From a virus: DNA of 64,000 nucleotides. The position numbers and the translations under genes are program-made. Numbering within the stretch: the stretch's first letter is position 1; every line of letters starts with the position of its first letter. Below the pieces are notes generated by a model. It did not search any database and had not been told where the DNA came from. It was given only the letters and a program-made list of their open reading frames with translations. Shown piece by piece: positions 48,493 to 56,268 of the stretch. The DNA is taken from the IMG/VR virus record IMGVR_UViG_3300030060_003348, positions 5,818-69,817 of that record, one strand, 5' to 3'.

Positions 48493-50051
48493 ATTTCCCT
48501 AGCGTTTGAAATTACACAATCAGCAGATATAATAGTTGAAACTACACTTACAGCATTTTTTAAAGCTGCTTTAGTTACAAGCACCGGATCTATAATACCT
48601 CGCTCTACCATATCCACACCGTTACCTGTTACAACATCTATACCATAACCTTTTTCTAACGGTAAATCTTTATACTCTATACCTGCGTTATCTAATATAG
48701 TGTAAAAAGGTGCTTTAATAGCTTTCAACAGTATTTCTTCACCTAGTGTTTTATATTTTATTTTTTGAGCTGCATTAAGAAGAGCAACACCACCGCCTGG
48801 TACAATACCTTCTTTTAAAGCTGCTTTTGTTGCGTATATAGCGTCTTCAACTCTATCTTTCTTTTCTTTTAACTCAACTTTAGAATCAGCACCCACTTTG
48901 ACGATTCCAACACGACCGGATAACATAGACAATCTTTGTTCCAGCTTCTTTTTAATGAAACCATTTTTTTCCTTGGTAATAAGCTTTGACACGAGGTCAA
49001 TCCTTTCTTGCAAGTCTTCTTGTATATCATCTATAGTAGTTATTACGGTGTTTAGTTGATCTGTTACAGAAAACTCAGCTTCTCCTAAGTGTTGATCGGT
49101 AATCATATCTAAATCATCACCAAGCTCTTCATCTATTACTGTAGCACCTGTTAATATTGCTAAATCTTCAGTTGTATCTTTTTTAGTAGGACCAAAGCCT
49201 GGTAAGTCAATTATATTAACTTTTATATTACCTTTAGCTTTGTTCATCATTAAAGCCGTTTTAACTTGCTGTGAAACCGGAGCAACTATTAACAAAGATC
49301 TATTCTTTTTTATAACATGCTCTAAAACGCCTTGAATTTTTCTTATGTTGGGTATTTCACTAGAAACTATTAATACTAAAGGATTTTCTAACTCTGCTTT
49401 GTTTTTCTCTTTATCTGTAACAAAATGGTTAGAGGTTAATCCACATTCTATTTGAACACCGTCAACTAACTCAACGTAAGTTTTGTCTGTTTCAGAAGAT
49501 TCCATTAAAACAACTCCGTTTTTACCAACAGTCTCATAAGCCTCTGCTATAATCTTTCCTAGTTCTTCATCATTATTACAACTAATTGAACTAACAGATT
49601 TCAACATATCGCCTTCGATCTTGACAGCAGACTTATTTAAATGTTTATTGATATTTAACAAACAGGTGTTTATACCTTGTTTTATTTCTCTTATGGAGGT
49701 TTCTTTATTTATAGAATTATAAACCTCGTTTAAAAGTGATTGAGCAAGGACAGTAGCTGTTGTAGTACCGTCACCTGCTTCGTTCACTGTGTTTTTAGCA
49801 GCTTCTTTTATTAGGGTTGCACCTAAGTTTTCAACCGGGTCATATAAGACTACGCTCTGCGCAACGGTTACACCATCTTTTGTAATCACCGGGTTACCCC
49901 TGGAATCTTCATATATTACGCATTTTCCAGACGCCCCAAGGGTAGATTTCACTGCTTTAGCTAGTTTATCAACACCAGCTCTAATTTTATTATTAGCTTC
50001 ATCACCAAAGTTAAGTTCTTTGACAATTTCGCTAGGCAAATTGTATTCCAT
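48489..50051 (-). CDS. groEL: Chaperonin GroEL
   Basis: ITKDGVTVA, AGDGTTTATVLA, GIVPGGGVAL and GIIDPVLVTK; no GGM tail. Confidence 0.95.
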   Translation of the reverse strand: MEYNLPSEIVKELNFGDEANNKIRAGVDKLAKAVKSTLGASGKCVIYEDSRGNPVITKDGVTVAQSVVLYDPVENLGATLIKEAAKNTVNEAGDGTTTATVLAQSLLNEVYNSINKETSIREIKQGINTCLLNINKHLNKSAVKIEGDMLKSVSSISCNNDEELGKIIAEAYETVGKNGVVLMESSETDKTYVELVDGVQIECGLTSNHFVTDKEKNKAELENPLVLIVSSEIPNIRKIQGVLEHVIKKNRSLLIVAPVSQQVKTALMMNKAKGNIKVNIIDLPGFGPTKKDTTEDLAILTGATVIDEELGDDLDMITDQHLGEAEFSVTDQLNTVITTIDDIQEDLQERIDLVSKLITKEKNGFIKKKLEQRLSMLSGRVGIVKVGADSKVELKEKKDRVEDAIYATKAALKEGIVPGGGVALLNAAQKIKYKTLGEEILLKAIKAPFYTILDNAGIEYKDLPLEKGYGIDVVTGNGVDMVERGIIDPVLVTKAALKNAVSVVSTIISADCVISNAREI

Positions 50052-50085
50052 ATTATATTTAATTTAATTTAATTTAACTTTGTGT

Positions 50086-50379
50086 TTAAAAGGTTTTTAC
50101 AACCTTTGGACCACTTGCCGCCTCTATTTTTTTAGAGAAATGGTCGATGCTGCCATCGATAGCAGCTTCTGCACCATCTATGGTCTCTCTTCGTGTTACG
50201 TCAACCCAATTATCTTCTGAGTCTAATTGTAAACATTCAGTTTGGTAAAATCCATTAGGCAGCTGAGTTATTCTCCAGTTACTTTTAGTAGCTAAGTGTT
50301 CCCACTGCTCAATAGTTTCTTTACTCGGTTTTTGGTTGCCAGTAGTTAATGTACTGGTCTTGTAGTATAAATAAGTCAT
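50086..50379 (-). CDS. Hypothetical protein
   Basis: 97-aa ORF upstream of groEL. Confidence 0.7.
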   Translation of the reverse strand: MTYLYYKTSTLTTGNQKPSKETIEQWEHLATKSNWRITQLPNGFYQTECLQLDSEDNWVDVTRRETIDGAEAAIDGSIDHFSKKIEAASGPKVVKTF

Positions 50380-50432
50380 TTTGGTTTATTTTTTGGTTAA
50401 TATTGACTTGGTCTAGGGTCTTTCCCTATATT

Positions 50433-50624
50433 TTAATATTCTTTAGATTTATCTTTCATTAATAATCCGGTTTTACTAGCTATAGCTCCTATTGGGTTTA
50501 ATGCACCAAGAGCTCCTTTACCTTTAGCTAGATCTCCAAAAAATCCTTTAAATGGACTTTTTCCGCTACCGTATTTTTTCATTTTCATGTTAAATTTTGA
50601 TGTTGCTTTTCCTTTTGCTGGCAT
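50433..50624 (-). CDS. Small basic protein with SPFK box
   Basis: SKFNMKMKKYGSGKSPFKG. Confidence 0.65.
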   Translation of the reverse strand: MPAKGKATSKFNMKMKKYGSGKSPFKGFFGDLAKGKGALGALNPIGAIASKTGLLMKDKSKEY

Positions 50625-50626
50625 AA

Positions 50627-51079
50627 TTATTTCTTTTTAGTTGTTTTTTTCTTTGGCTCGTAACCATCTATTTTCATCATTTTTTCTTTCTCAGTCATTT
50701 TAGCAATATCTTCTTTGCTATAATCAGCGCCTGGATAAGCTGGCACAAAATCTTCTTGTGAAACTTTTTTAGACTTTTTGTCAGCTGCAGATCCTTTCTT
50801 AACTTTTACTGTTGTTTTTTTAGGAGGTACTGGTTTTTTATTTTCTTTAGGTCTACCAGTAACAGCGCCATCTTTAATCATCATATCAGCATCTTTTTGG
50901 GTAAAGCCCTCTGCTAATAACTCTTCTTTAGTTTTATCTCCTGTTTTTACTTGGAATGGAGATGACGTGGCTCTGCCGTCAGCTTTACCAGCATAGTCTT
51001 TATTATTTTTTATTGCTCCTTTAGCTCCAAAACCACCCATACCTTTGTATAGTGATGGACCTTTCATTTTAAATGCCAT
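50627..51079 (-). CDS. Basic protein with MAFKMKG leader
   Basis: MAFKMKGPSLYKG...SSPFQVK. Confidence 0.75.
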   Translation of the reverse strand: MAFKMKGPSLYKGMGGFGAKGAIKNNKDYAGKADGRATSSPFQVKTGDKTKEELLAEGFTQKDADMMIKDGAVTGRPKENKKPVPPKKTTVKVKKGSAADKKSKKVSQEDFVPAYPGADYSKEDIAKMTEKEKMMKIDGYEPKKKTTKKK

Positions 51080-51090
51080 AGTTTCTAGTT

Positions 51091-51381
51091 TTATTTTTTA
51101 CAATATTTTCTTTTTATAGGTGTTTCTAAAACCTCTTTGTCATTAGGAAAATTATATTCTTTTCCAGGTTCCATTATTTTAGTTTTTCCTGTTGTTAATC
51201 CCTCTCCTTTAATTTTACCTTTTTCCAAAGGTTTACCGTCTTCTTCTTTCATACTAATTTTAGTACCATTTTCATCACCAGGTATAATTTTATGATCTGA
51301 TGGTGTGTGTCCTTTTCTATAACCATGAGTTGTTCTCATTAAGTTTTTGTACAAAGAAGGTCCTTTCATTTTGTATGCCAT
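51091..51381 (-). CDS. Basic protein with MAYKMKG leader
   Basis: MAYKMKGPSLYKN; has its own class B promoter. Confidence 0.75.
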   Translation of the reverse strand: MAYKMKGPSLYKNLMRTTHGYRKGHTPSDHKIIPGDENGTKISMKEEDGKPLEKGKIKGEGLTTGKTKIMEPGKEYNFPNDKEVLETPIKRKYCKK

Positions 51382-51387
51382 ACTCTT

Positions 51388-51415
51388 ATTATTACGTATT
51401 ACGCTATATTTTTAC
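51388..51415 (-). promoter_or_regulatory. Class B phage promoter GTAAA-N15-GTAATAAT
   Basis: Conserved spacing; ATG 14 nt after the box start. Confidence 0.7.
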
Positions 51416-52484
51416 TCGGATTAGATTTAACTTTTGTATTCTTATTTTTCTTTGGTTTTCTCGCAGTTACAGTTTTTGTAGAATCGTATACTACATTTTT
51501 CTTTGTTTTGTTTTTCTTTTTGTTTTCCGCAATTTTGTTAGTTACAACTTTATCTGTCTTCTTAAGTATTTCCTTAGATCCTTTGTTAACTGCTTTTTTA
51601 ACAACTTTCTTTCCTACCTCGTTAGCTAATTGCTTACCACCTTGCTTTACAACTTCTTTACCTGCTTTGTAAGCTAGTTTTGTACCAGCAACTCCTTGAC
51701 CAACAACAGGAACCATCATAGCTGCATTAACACCAGCATTGATCATGTGTTCTTTGGCTCCTTCTTCGTCACCTGTCCATTTGGAATAACCAGCTCTACC
51801 TAAAGAAGTAGCCGTGTTTATTCCATCAGCGATTATACCGAACCCAGGAACGGTTCCAGCTGCGGTTAAAGCGGTTTGACCGTAGTCAAGAGCTTTTTTC
51901 CAGTCAAAATGTAAGGGTGAATCGCTATAATTTAGCGGAGTATGTCCATAACCCTTCTTTTTTAACTCTAAATGCTTTTTATATGTATTAGCTTTTATAG
52001 CGCTTTTACCTTTATACATCATGTGTGGCTCAAATTTCTTTTTAGATAGTAAAGGTGGCTTTTTTTCTAATTTTGTACCTTGTTTTTTCAGCTCTGTTTG
52101 TTCTTTTGTTAAAACAGTAGGTCTTTTCGACGCTTTGTTATTTTTTCTTGCTTTTTGTGTTTTTGCTATACGTCCACTAGCATCGGGATCGTTAGTGGTT
52201 TTAGTTGGACCATCACCAACTGGGTTTTCATAAGCGTTATACTTGGCTTTTGTCACAGTTTTTCCACCTATCTTGTACCAATATGGCTCAATTTTTTGCT
52301 CTAAAGGGGTTTTTTTATTTTTTTTAGTCTTAGGAACAGGTTTTCCTTGTTTTTTCCAGATTTCTTGCCCTTTTTTGTCTAAATCTTCATACCTAACAAC
52401 GTCTTCTTTTTGTTTTTTTAAGAACTCGATGTCTTTTGAGGTGTAACCTGCTGGATATGTTTTTTGTTTTAATGCGCTTTTCAT
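51399..52484 (-). CDS. Modular basic protein with repeated (S/T)PL boxes and a pre-toxin-TG-like segment
   Basis: SALKQ, TPLEQ, PPLLS, TPLNY and SPLHF boxes; TALTAAGTVPGFGIIADGIN. Confidence 0.7.
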   Translation of the reverse strand: MKSALKQKTYPAGYTSKDIEFLKKQKEDVVRYEDLDKKGQEIWKKQGKPVPKTKKNKKTPLEQKIEPYWYKIGGKTVTKAKYNAYENPVGDGPTKTTNDPDASGRIAKTQKARKNNKASKRPTVLTKEQTELKKQGTKLEKKPPLLSKKKFEPHMMYKGKSAIKANTYKKHLELKKKGYGHTPLNYSDSPLHFDWKKALDYGQTALTAAGTVPGFGIIADGINTATSLGRAGYSKWTGDEEGAKEHMINAGVNAAMMVPVVGQGVAGTKLAYKAGKEVVKQGGKQLANEVGKKVVKKAVNKGSKEILKKTDKVVTNKIAENKKKNKTKKNVVYDSTKTVTARKPKKNKNTKVKSNPSKNIA

Positions 52485-52485
52485 G

Positions 52486-53058
52486 TTACCTTAATTTATT
52501 ATATCCTCCGGTTACTAAATTCTTCACTCTTCTAGACTTTGGACGTTTTGTAAATACTTTTTTTACTTTATTTTTAGTAGTTTTTATAGCGTCACTAACT
52601 TTTTTCTTAGTTCTTCTAACAGATCTCTTTATTTTATTCTTAGGTTTGTTTTTTTCTTCTGTACGCTTCTTTATTTCTTCCTTTTTCTTTTTAACCTCTT
52701 CTCTTTTCTTAACTTCAGCTAAAGCATCTTCATCTAAACTTACCTCAGGAGCTGTATACTCCGGCATTTTAACCTTTTTTAGCTTTCTAGGTAATCGTTT
52801 TCCTCCTCTTATCTTTTTAACCTTCTTCATCTTCATTTTTTTAGGCTGATATGTCTCACCAACCTTTTCACCGTCAGCGTACCTAGTTGTTATAGTAGCT
52901 CCGTCTGCTCTTTTAACAACAACGTTCTGTATTTTTTTACCAGTATCAGGATCAGTACCTACATTTTTAATAGGTTTAACTCTAGATATACCATCGCTGT
53001 TCTGTATTTTTCTGTCCTTACGCCTTTTTTGATATAAAGCTGTTTTAGTTTTAGCCAT
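52486..53058 (-). CDS. Very Lys/Arg-rich protein
   Basis: MAKTKTALYQK; start refined. Confidence 0.7.
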   Translation of the reverse strand: MAKTKTALYQKRRKDRKIQNSDGISRVKPIKNVGTDPDTGKKIQNVVVKRADGATITTRYADGEKVGETYQPKKMKMKKVKKIRGGKRLPRKLKKVKMPEYTAPEVSLDEDALAEVKKREEVKKKKEEIKKRTEEKNKPKNKIKRSVRRTKKKVSDAIKTTKNKVKKVFTKRPKSRRVKNLVTGGYNKLR

Positions 53059-53059
53059 G

Positions 53060-53524
53060 TTATTTTTTATTTTCTTTGTATTTACCTCTTTTGTGAAATT
53101 TATCAGCTTTATCATTTGCTGCGTCTTGCATTTTCTTTCTTTCTTCTGGAGTTGCGTTGTCGTACTTTTTCTTTTTAGCGTCTACCTTTTTTTGAAAGTC
53201 AGATTTTTTAGCGTTTGGGTTTGTCCATGTATCACCTTTCTTTAAACCATGTACTTTATTTTTAGACCCGTCTTTCATTACTTTTTTATTACTACCAGAA
53301 CCTACGCCAGCTTCGTCTTCTTTCTTTTCTTGCTCGTTTGCTTTCTTATTTCGTAAATATTCTTCGTAAAGTCTTTTGTCAGTCTCATACTCAGCTGCAG
53401 CATCGTTCATTTGACCATGTGCAGTAGTTGTAGATTTTTTAGGTTTAGGTACAACCTCTTGTTTTTTCTTTTGTTTGAATGGAGAAGATCCATAGAATGA
53501 GGATCCTTTTAGTTTGAAAGCCAT
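53060..53524 (-). CDS. Basic protein with MAFKLKG leader, first gene of the late arm
   Basis: MAFKLKGSSFYGSSPFKQKK; start refined. Confidence 0.75.
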   Translation of the reverse strand: MAFKLKGSSFYGSSPFKQKKKQEVVPKPKKSTTTAHGQMNDAAAEYETDKRLYEEYLRNKKANEQEKKEDEAGVGSGSNKKVMKDGSKNKVHGLKKGDTWTNPNAKKSDFQKKVDAKKKKYDNATPEERKKMQDAANDKADKFHKRGKYKENKK

Positions 53525-53555
53525 AGCTATTATTTTTATTAGTATACTAATTCTT

Positions 53556-53583
53556 ATTATCACTCATAAAATAGTGTTTTTAC
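53556..53583 (-). promoter_or_regulatory. Class B phage promoter GTAAA-N15-GTGATAAT at the head of the late arm
   Basis: Conserved spacing. Confidence 0.75.
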
Positions 53584-53587
53584 AAAG

Positions 53588-53635
53588 TGTGACACTAGCT
53601 AGTTACTATATTCCTATTAATAGGCTAATGTCATA
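53588..53635. repeat. Spaced inverted repeat TGTGACACTAGC-N24-GCTAATGTCATA
   Basis: Second copy at 61026-61071 and a half site at 57443-57454. Confidence 0.7.
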
Positions 53636-53741
53636 AAAAAAGTTATCGTAAATATTGGGGTACAGTGTTGCTCCTCCCCTACACCACTGCCCACCCCTGG
53701 TAAAACGCATATTTTTTGGCCCACCCGGGCGTTTTGTATTA

Positions 53742-53775
53742 GTATTATCACATTTTTTTCGTATTAGTTTTGTAT
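53742..53775 (-). promoter_or_regulatory. Class A promoter, the only minus-strand copy
   Basis: ATACAA-N5-ATACGA-N9-GATAATAC on the reverse strand. Confidence 0.7.
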
Positions 53776-53782
53776 TTAATTT

Positions 53783-53816
53783 TTACAATGTAGATACGAC
53801 TTACAATTGATAATAT
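53783..53816 (+). promoter_or_regulatory. Class A (early) promoter
   Basis: TTACAA-N5-ATACGA-N9-GATAATAT. Confidence 0.8.
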
Positions 53817-53846
53817 TAATGTAAATAAACTCAAAAGATATTTAAC

Positions 53847-53918
53847 ATGAAACTCAAAATTGATAACTACATTGCAGAAATAATTATAATAATATTAATA
53901 ATAATAATTGCAAGTTAA
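53847..53918 (+). CDS. 23-aa hydrophobic micropeptide
   Basis: MKLKIDNYIAEIIIIILIIIIAS*, between two class A promoters. Confidence 0.4.
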   Translation: MKLKIDNYIAEIIIIILIIIIAS

Positions 53919-53941
53919 ATACGACTCAATAATGATAATAT
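53908..53941 (+). promoter_or_regulatory. Class A (early) promoter
   Basis: TTGCAA-N5-ATACGA-N9-GATAATAT. Confidence 0.8.
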
Positions 53942-54034
53942 AAATGTAAATAAAATAAATAAAGTTATGCGCACAGTGAAGTCGCGGGCAATAGCACCAA
54001 CTAACAATATAAGTAATAAACAATGTGTATACTT

Positions 54035-54068
54035 TTACAAACAAAATACGAGATATAAAAGATAATAT
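54035..54068 (+). promoter_or_regulatory. Class A (early) promoter
   Basis: TTACAA-N5-ATACGA-N9-GATAATAT. Confidence 0.8.
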
Positions 54069-54106
54069 AAATAACTAAAATAAATAACTAATTAAAAATT
54101 GAAATT

Positions 54107-54328
54107 ATGAAATTAAATTCTAAAAGATTTGTGATAAGAAAGTCACTAGTAGGTAAAAATGCAGTAGTAACAGTAAACTTCAAAAATGGTAAAACTGCAA
54201 AGTATAATCATGACAAAGTATATGAAATTATGAAGTCAAAATTGGAAACTTTACCATGTTGGACAAAGTATAAAAGTTATACTGCAAGTAATAACGTGCC
54301 AGTAGTAGCCAGAGAAGCTTGCGAGTAG
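54107..54328 (+). CDS. Early basic hypothetical protein
   Basis: 73 aa, behind a class A promoter. Confidence 0.75.
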   Translation: MKLNSKRFVIRKSLVGKNAVVTVNFKNGKTAKYNHDKVYEIMKSKLETLPCWTKYKSYTASNNVPVVAREACE

Positions 54329-54480
54329 TACCAAAATTTGCTCGATAAATACCGCTCGTGAAGTGCTGATTAGCGAGTGGTGGGCAGAGACGTAGTTGAG
54401 TAACATTTAGCGTCTTATAAACAATGCGAATGACAACAGTGTGAATGGTTAATAGTAGTTCGATTCTGCTCCACACTACA
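54322..54480 (+). ncRNA. Candidate structured RNA ending in an acceptor/T-arm minihelix
   Basis: Three hairpins, then AGTGTG...AGTAG-TTCGATT-CTGCT-C-CACACT-ACA. Confidence 0.5.
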
Positions 54481-54516
54481 ATTAAAATAAATGTTTAACT
54501 TATAAAATATATAACT

Positions 54517-54684
54517 ATGAAAGTAACTTGTAAAAAAACTGGAAAAGATATGACTAGTAAAGTAATTAAAGCTTTAGAAAAATCAATAACAAAAGGTAAA
54601 TACACTATCAAAACTGTGTATTCAAGTGACCCGCACTTAAATGATAATATGTGTGAAAGCTTTTATAAAAATTCTAACAAATGA
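54517..54684 (+). CDS. 55-aa early protein (not in the ORF track)
   Basis: MKVTCKKTGKDMTSKVIKAL..., A-rich leader. Confidence 0.6.
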   Translation: MKVTCKKTGKDMTSKVIKALEKSITKGKYTIKTVYSSDPHLNDNMCESFYKNSNK

Positions 54685-54812
54685 GAATAATAATAAGAAA
54701 AGTAGCGGGAGTGTGGATAGTTCAGTGTAGTGAATCACAACAAATATACTTCACGCATAAAAATATAATGAAGTGTTTTCAATACAAATTAAATACGAAA
54801 TTAGTAAGATAA
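54681..54812 (+). CDS. 43-aa early protein (not in the ORF track)
   Basis: ATGA overlap with the upstream ORF; MRIIIRKVAGVWIV... Confidence 0.5.
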   Translation: MRIIIRKVAGVWIVQCSESQQIYFTHKNIMKCFQYKLNTKLVR

Positions 54813-54815
54813 TAT
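54782..54815 (+). promoter_or_regulatory. Class A (early) promoter
   Basis: ATACAA-N5-ATACGA-N9-GATAATAT. Confidence 0.8.
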
Positions 54816-54830
54816 AATAAATTAAATAAT

Positions 54831-55082
54831 ATGTCAAAAAGAAATTACAAACTAACTATAGTTGATTATGGCTACAAGGTTGAAGCGTGGGATAGATATG
54901 GTAAATACGTATGTGTATACGAGAAAACTCGTGAAGATGCTAGTAAGTTTATACTCGACTGGTGGGAAAAAGCAGATGAGAATAAGAAATCAGATGAGTT
55001 AATGGCAAAAGCTATTATGCAGTGTATACAAATAGACAAAGAAAATGGCATAGTGTCAGGCAATAGAGATGGATTAGATTAA
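54831..55082 (+). CDS. Early hypothetical protein
   Basis: 83 aa, behind a class A promoter. Confidence 0.7.
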   Translation: MSKRNYKLTIVDYGYKVEAWDRYGKYVCVYEKTREDASKFILDWWEKADENKKSDELMAKAIMQCIQIDKENGIVSGNRDGLD

Positions 55083-55092
55083 AATAAATAAT

Positions 55093-55431
55093 ATGAAGAA
55101 AGTAAAACTATGTGTAGCAGCACTTCTGCTAGGTGGGTTTAGTTATGGCCAAAGCACCTCAAATACTACAAATAATAACTACATGTATAGCAATTTATAC
55201 GAAGAAACTAACGAGCAGTTTAAAGCTGTAGAGTTTATGGTTGAAGATGTGATCGACGCTATTCGGATGGATATGTTCTATGGTCACTTAGAAAGACAAC
55301 GTGGCGAATATTATATCAAAATGATATTAAGTGTTAAGTCAACTAATAGAGACATAATGGCGAATGTATTTACTCACAGAAGCAAAACATTAGGTGAAAT
55401 GCAACTAATGCTAGACAAGAAATTGAAGTGA
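55093..55431 (+). CDS. Early exported protein
   Basis: Signal peptide MKKVKLCVAALLLGGFSYG-Q. Confidence 0.7.
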   Translation: MKKVKLCVAALLLGGFSYGQSTSNTTNNNYMYSNLYEETNEQFKAVEFMVEDVIDAIRMDMFYGHLERQRGEYYIKMILSVKSTNRDIMANVFTHRSKTLGEMQLMLDKKLK

Positions 55432-55574
55432 AACTAACAAACAAACATAAAAGAGGAGTCAAAAGGCGAGTAGATCTCGAGCAAGGTGTGAGACCACCAG
55501 GCTCCTCTGTGTTTGTTAACAAAAAGAAATATACAAGAAAACACAAACATAAAGAATTATGGAGAAAAGAGTAA
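55428..55574 (+). CDS. 48-aa basic protein with ArfA-like KKKYTRKHKH motif (not in the ORF track)
   Basis: GTGA overlap with the upstream stop; fills the intergenic gap exactly. Confidence 0.6.
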   Translation: MKLTNKHKRGVKRRVDLEQGVRPPGSSVFVNKKKYTRKHKHKELWRKE

Positions 55575-55576
55575 CA

Positions 55577-55777
55577 ATGAAGTATATAACTGTACTAGAT
55601 TTTGAAATAGGTCAAGTATTCCAGTATAATATAGAAGGAAGAGTAACAATATTAAAAGGTAGCACTGTTTGGTATCCAGAATCAGAGTCGTGTGAAGAGT
55701 TTTTAAGCGGAGTTGGTCATAATTTAAGCAATTGTGAGTGGATGGTGCATAGTGATAATGAAATAATTACAAAATAA
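55577..55777 (+). CDS. Early hypothetical protein
   Basis: MKYITVLDFEIGQVFQY; start refined. Confidence 0.65.
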   Translation: MKYITVLDFEIGQVFQYNIEGRVTILKGSTVWYPESESCEEFLSGVGHNLSNCEWMVHSDNEIITK

Positions 55778-55800
55778 ATACGATTACTATTGGATAATAT
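55767..55800 (+). promoter_or_regulatory. Class A (early) promoter
   Basis: TTACAA-N5-ATACGA-N9-GATAATAT. Confidence 0.8.
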
Positions 55801-55815
55801 ATACAAATAACGAAT

Positions 55816-56028
55816 ATGAATTGTGTAAAATGTAAAAATATAATACCTAGCGGCCGAGTTCAACTTGGTTACAAAGTGTGCGTAGACTGCTCCACGACCG
55901 AGCGATACGGTTGCGCACCACTAATCAACCACAAGACCGGTAATTCCATACAGATTATGTCAAGCAGTGACGCTGCACGCATAGCTAAGTTGACTCGTCG
56001 CAAAGGTTATGGTACAATGTTGGGATAA
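55816..56028 (+). CDS. DksA/TraR-type C4 zinc-finger protein
   Basis: CVKCKNIIPSGRVQLGYKVCVDC. Confidence 0.7.
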   Translation: MNCVKCKNIIPSGRVQLGYKVCVDCSTTERYGCAPLINHKTGNSIQIMSSSDAARIAKLTRRKGYGTMLG

Positions 56029-56062
56029 TTACAATATAAATACGAACATAGTAGGATAATAT
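56029..56062 (+). promoter_or_regulatory. Class A (early) promoter
   Basis: TTACAA-N5-ATACGA-N9-GATAATAT. Confidence 0.8.
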
Positions 56063-56082
56063 AAACAAATAAATAAATAAAT

Positions 56083-56268
56083 ATGCAGAAAATTAAACAC
56101 TTAAGAAATGACTATGTGCAACTCGGCAACTTAATCTACAAACCATACACTGTATGTGATTTACCTGCCAACTTCGGTTGTATAGAGTTTCAAGAAAAAG
56201 AAGGAATTAGCGAATGGTTTAACTACAGAGGATATACTTATCTCTTTGACAAAGTAGCAAAAATATGA
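56083..56268 (+). CDS. Early hypothetical protein
   Basis: 61 aa, behind a class A promoter. Confidence 0.7.
   Translation: MQKIKHLRNDYVQLGNLIYKPYTVCDLPANFGCIEFQEKEGISEWFNYRGYTYLFDKVAKI

Noticed and set aside
50414-50428. TAGGG-TCTTT-CCCTA hairpin upstream of the groEL unit
   Set aside because: Only a 5-bp stem and a single copy; not enough to call a regulatory element.
8317-53245. Many plus-strand ORFs of 60-160 aa within the late arm
   Set aside because: Antisense shadows of long minus-strand genes, with Phe/Leu/Ser-rich translations expected from reversed Lys/Glu codons.
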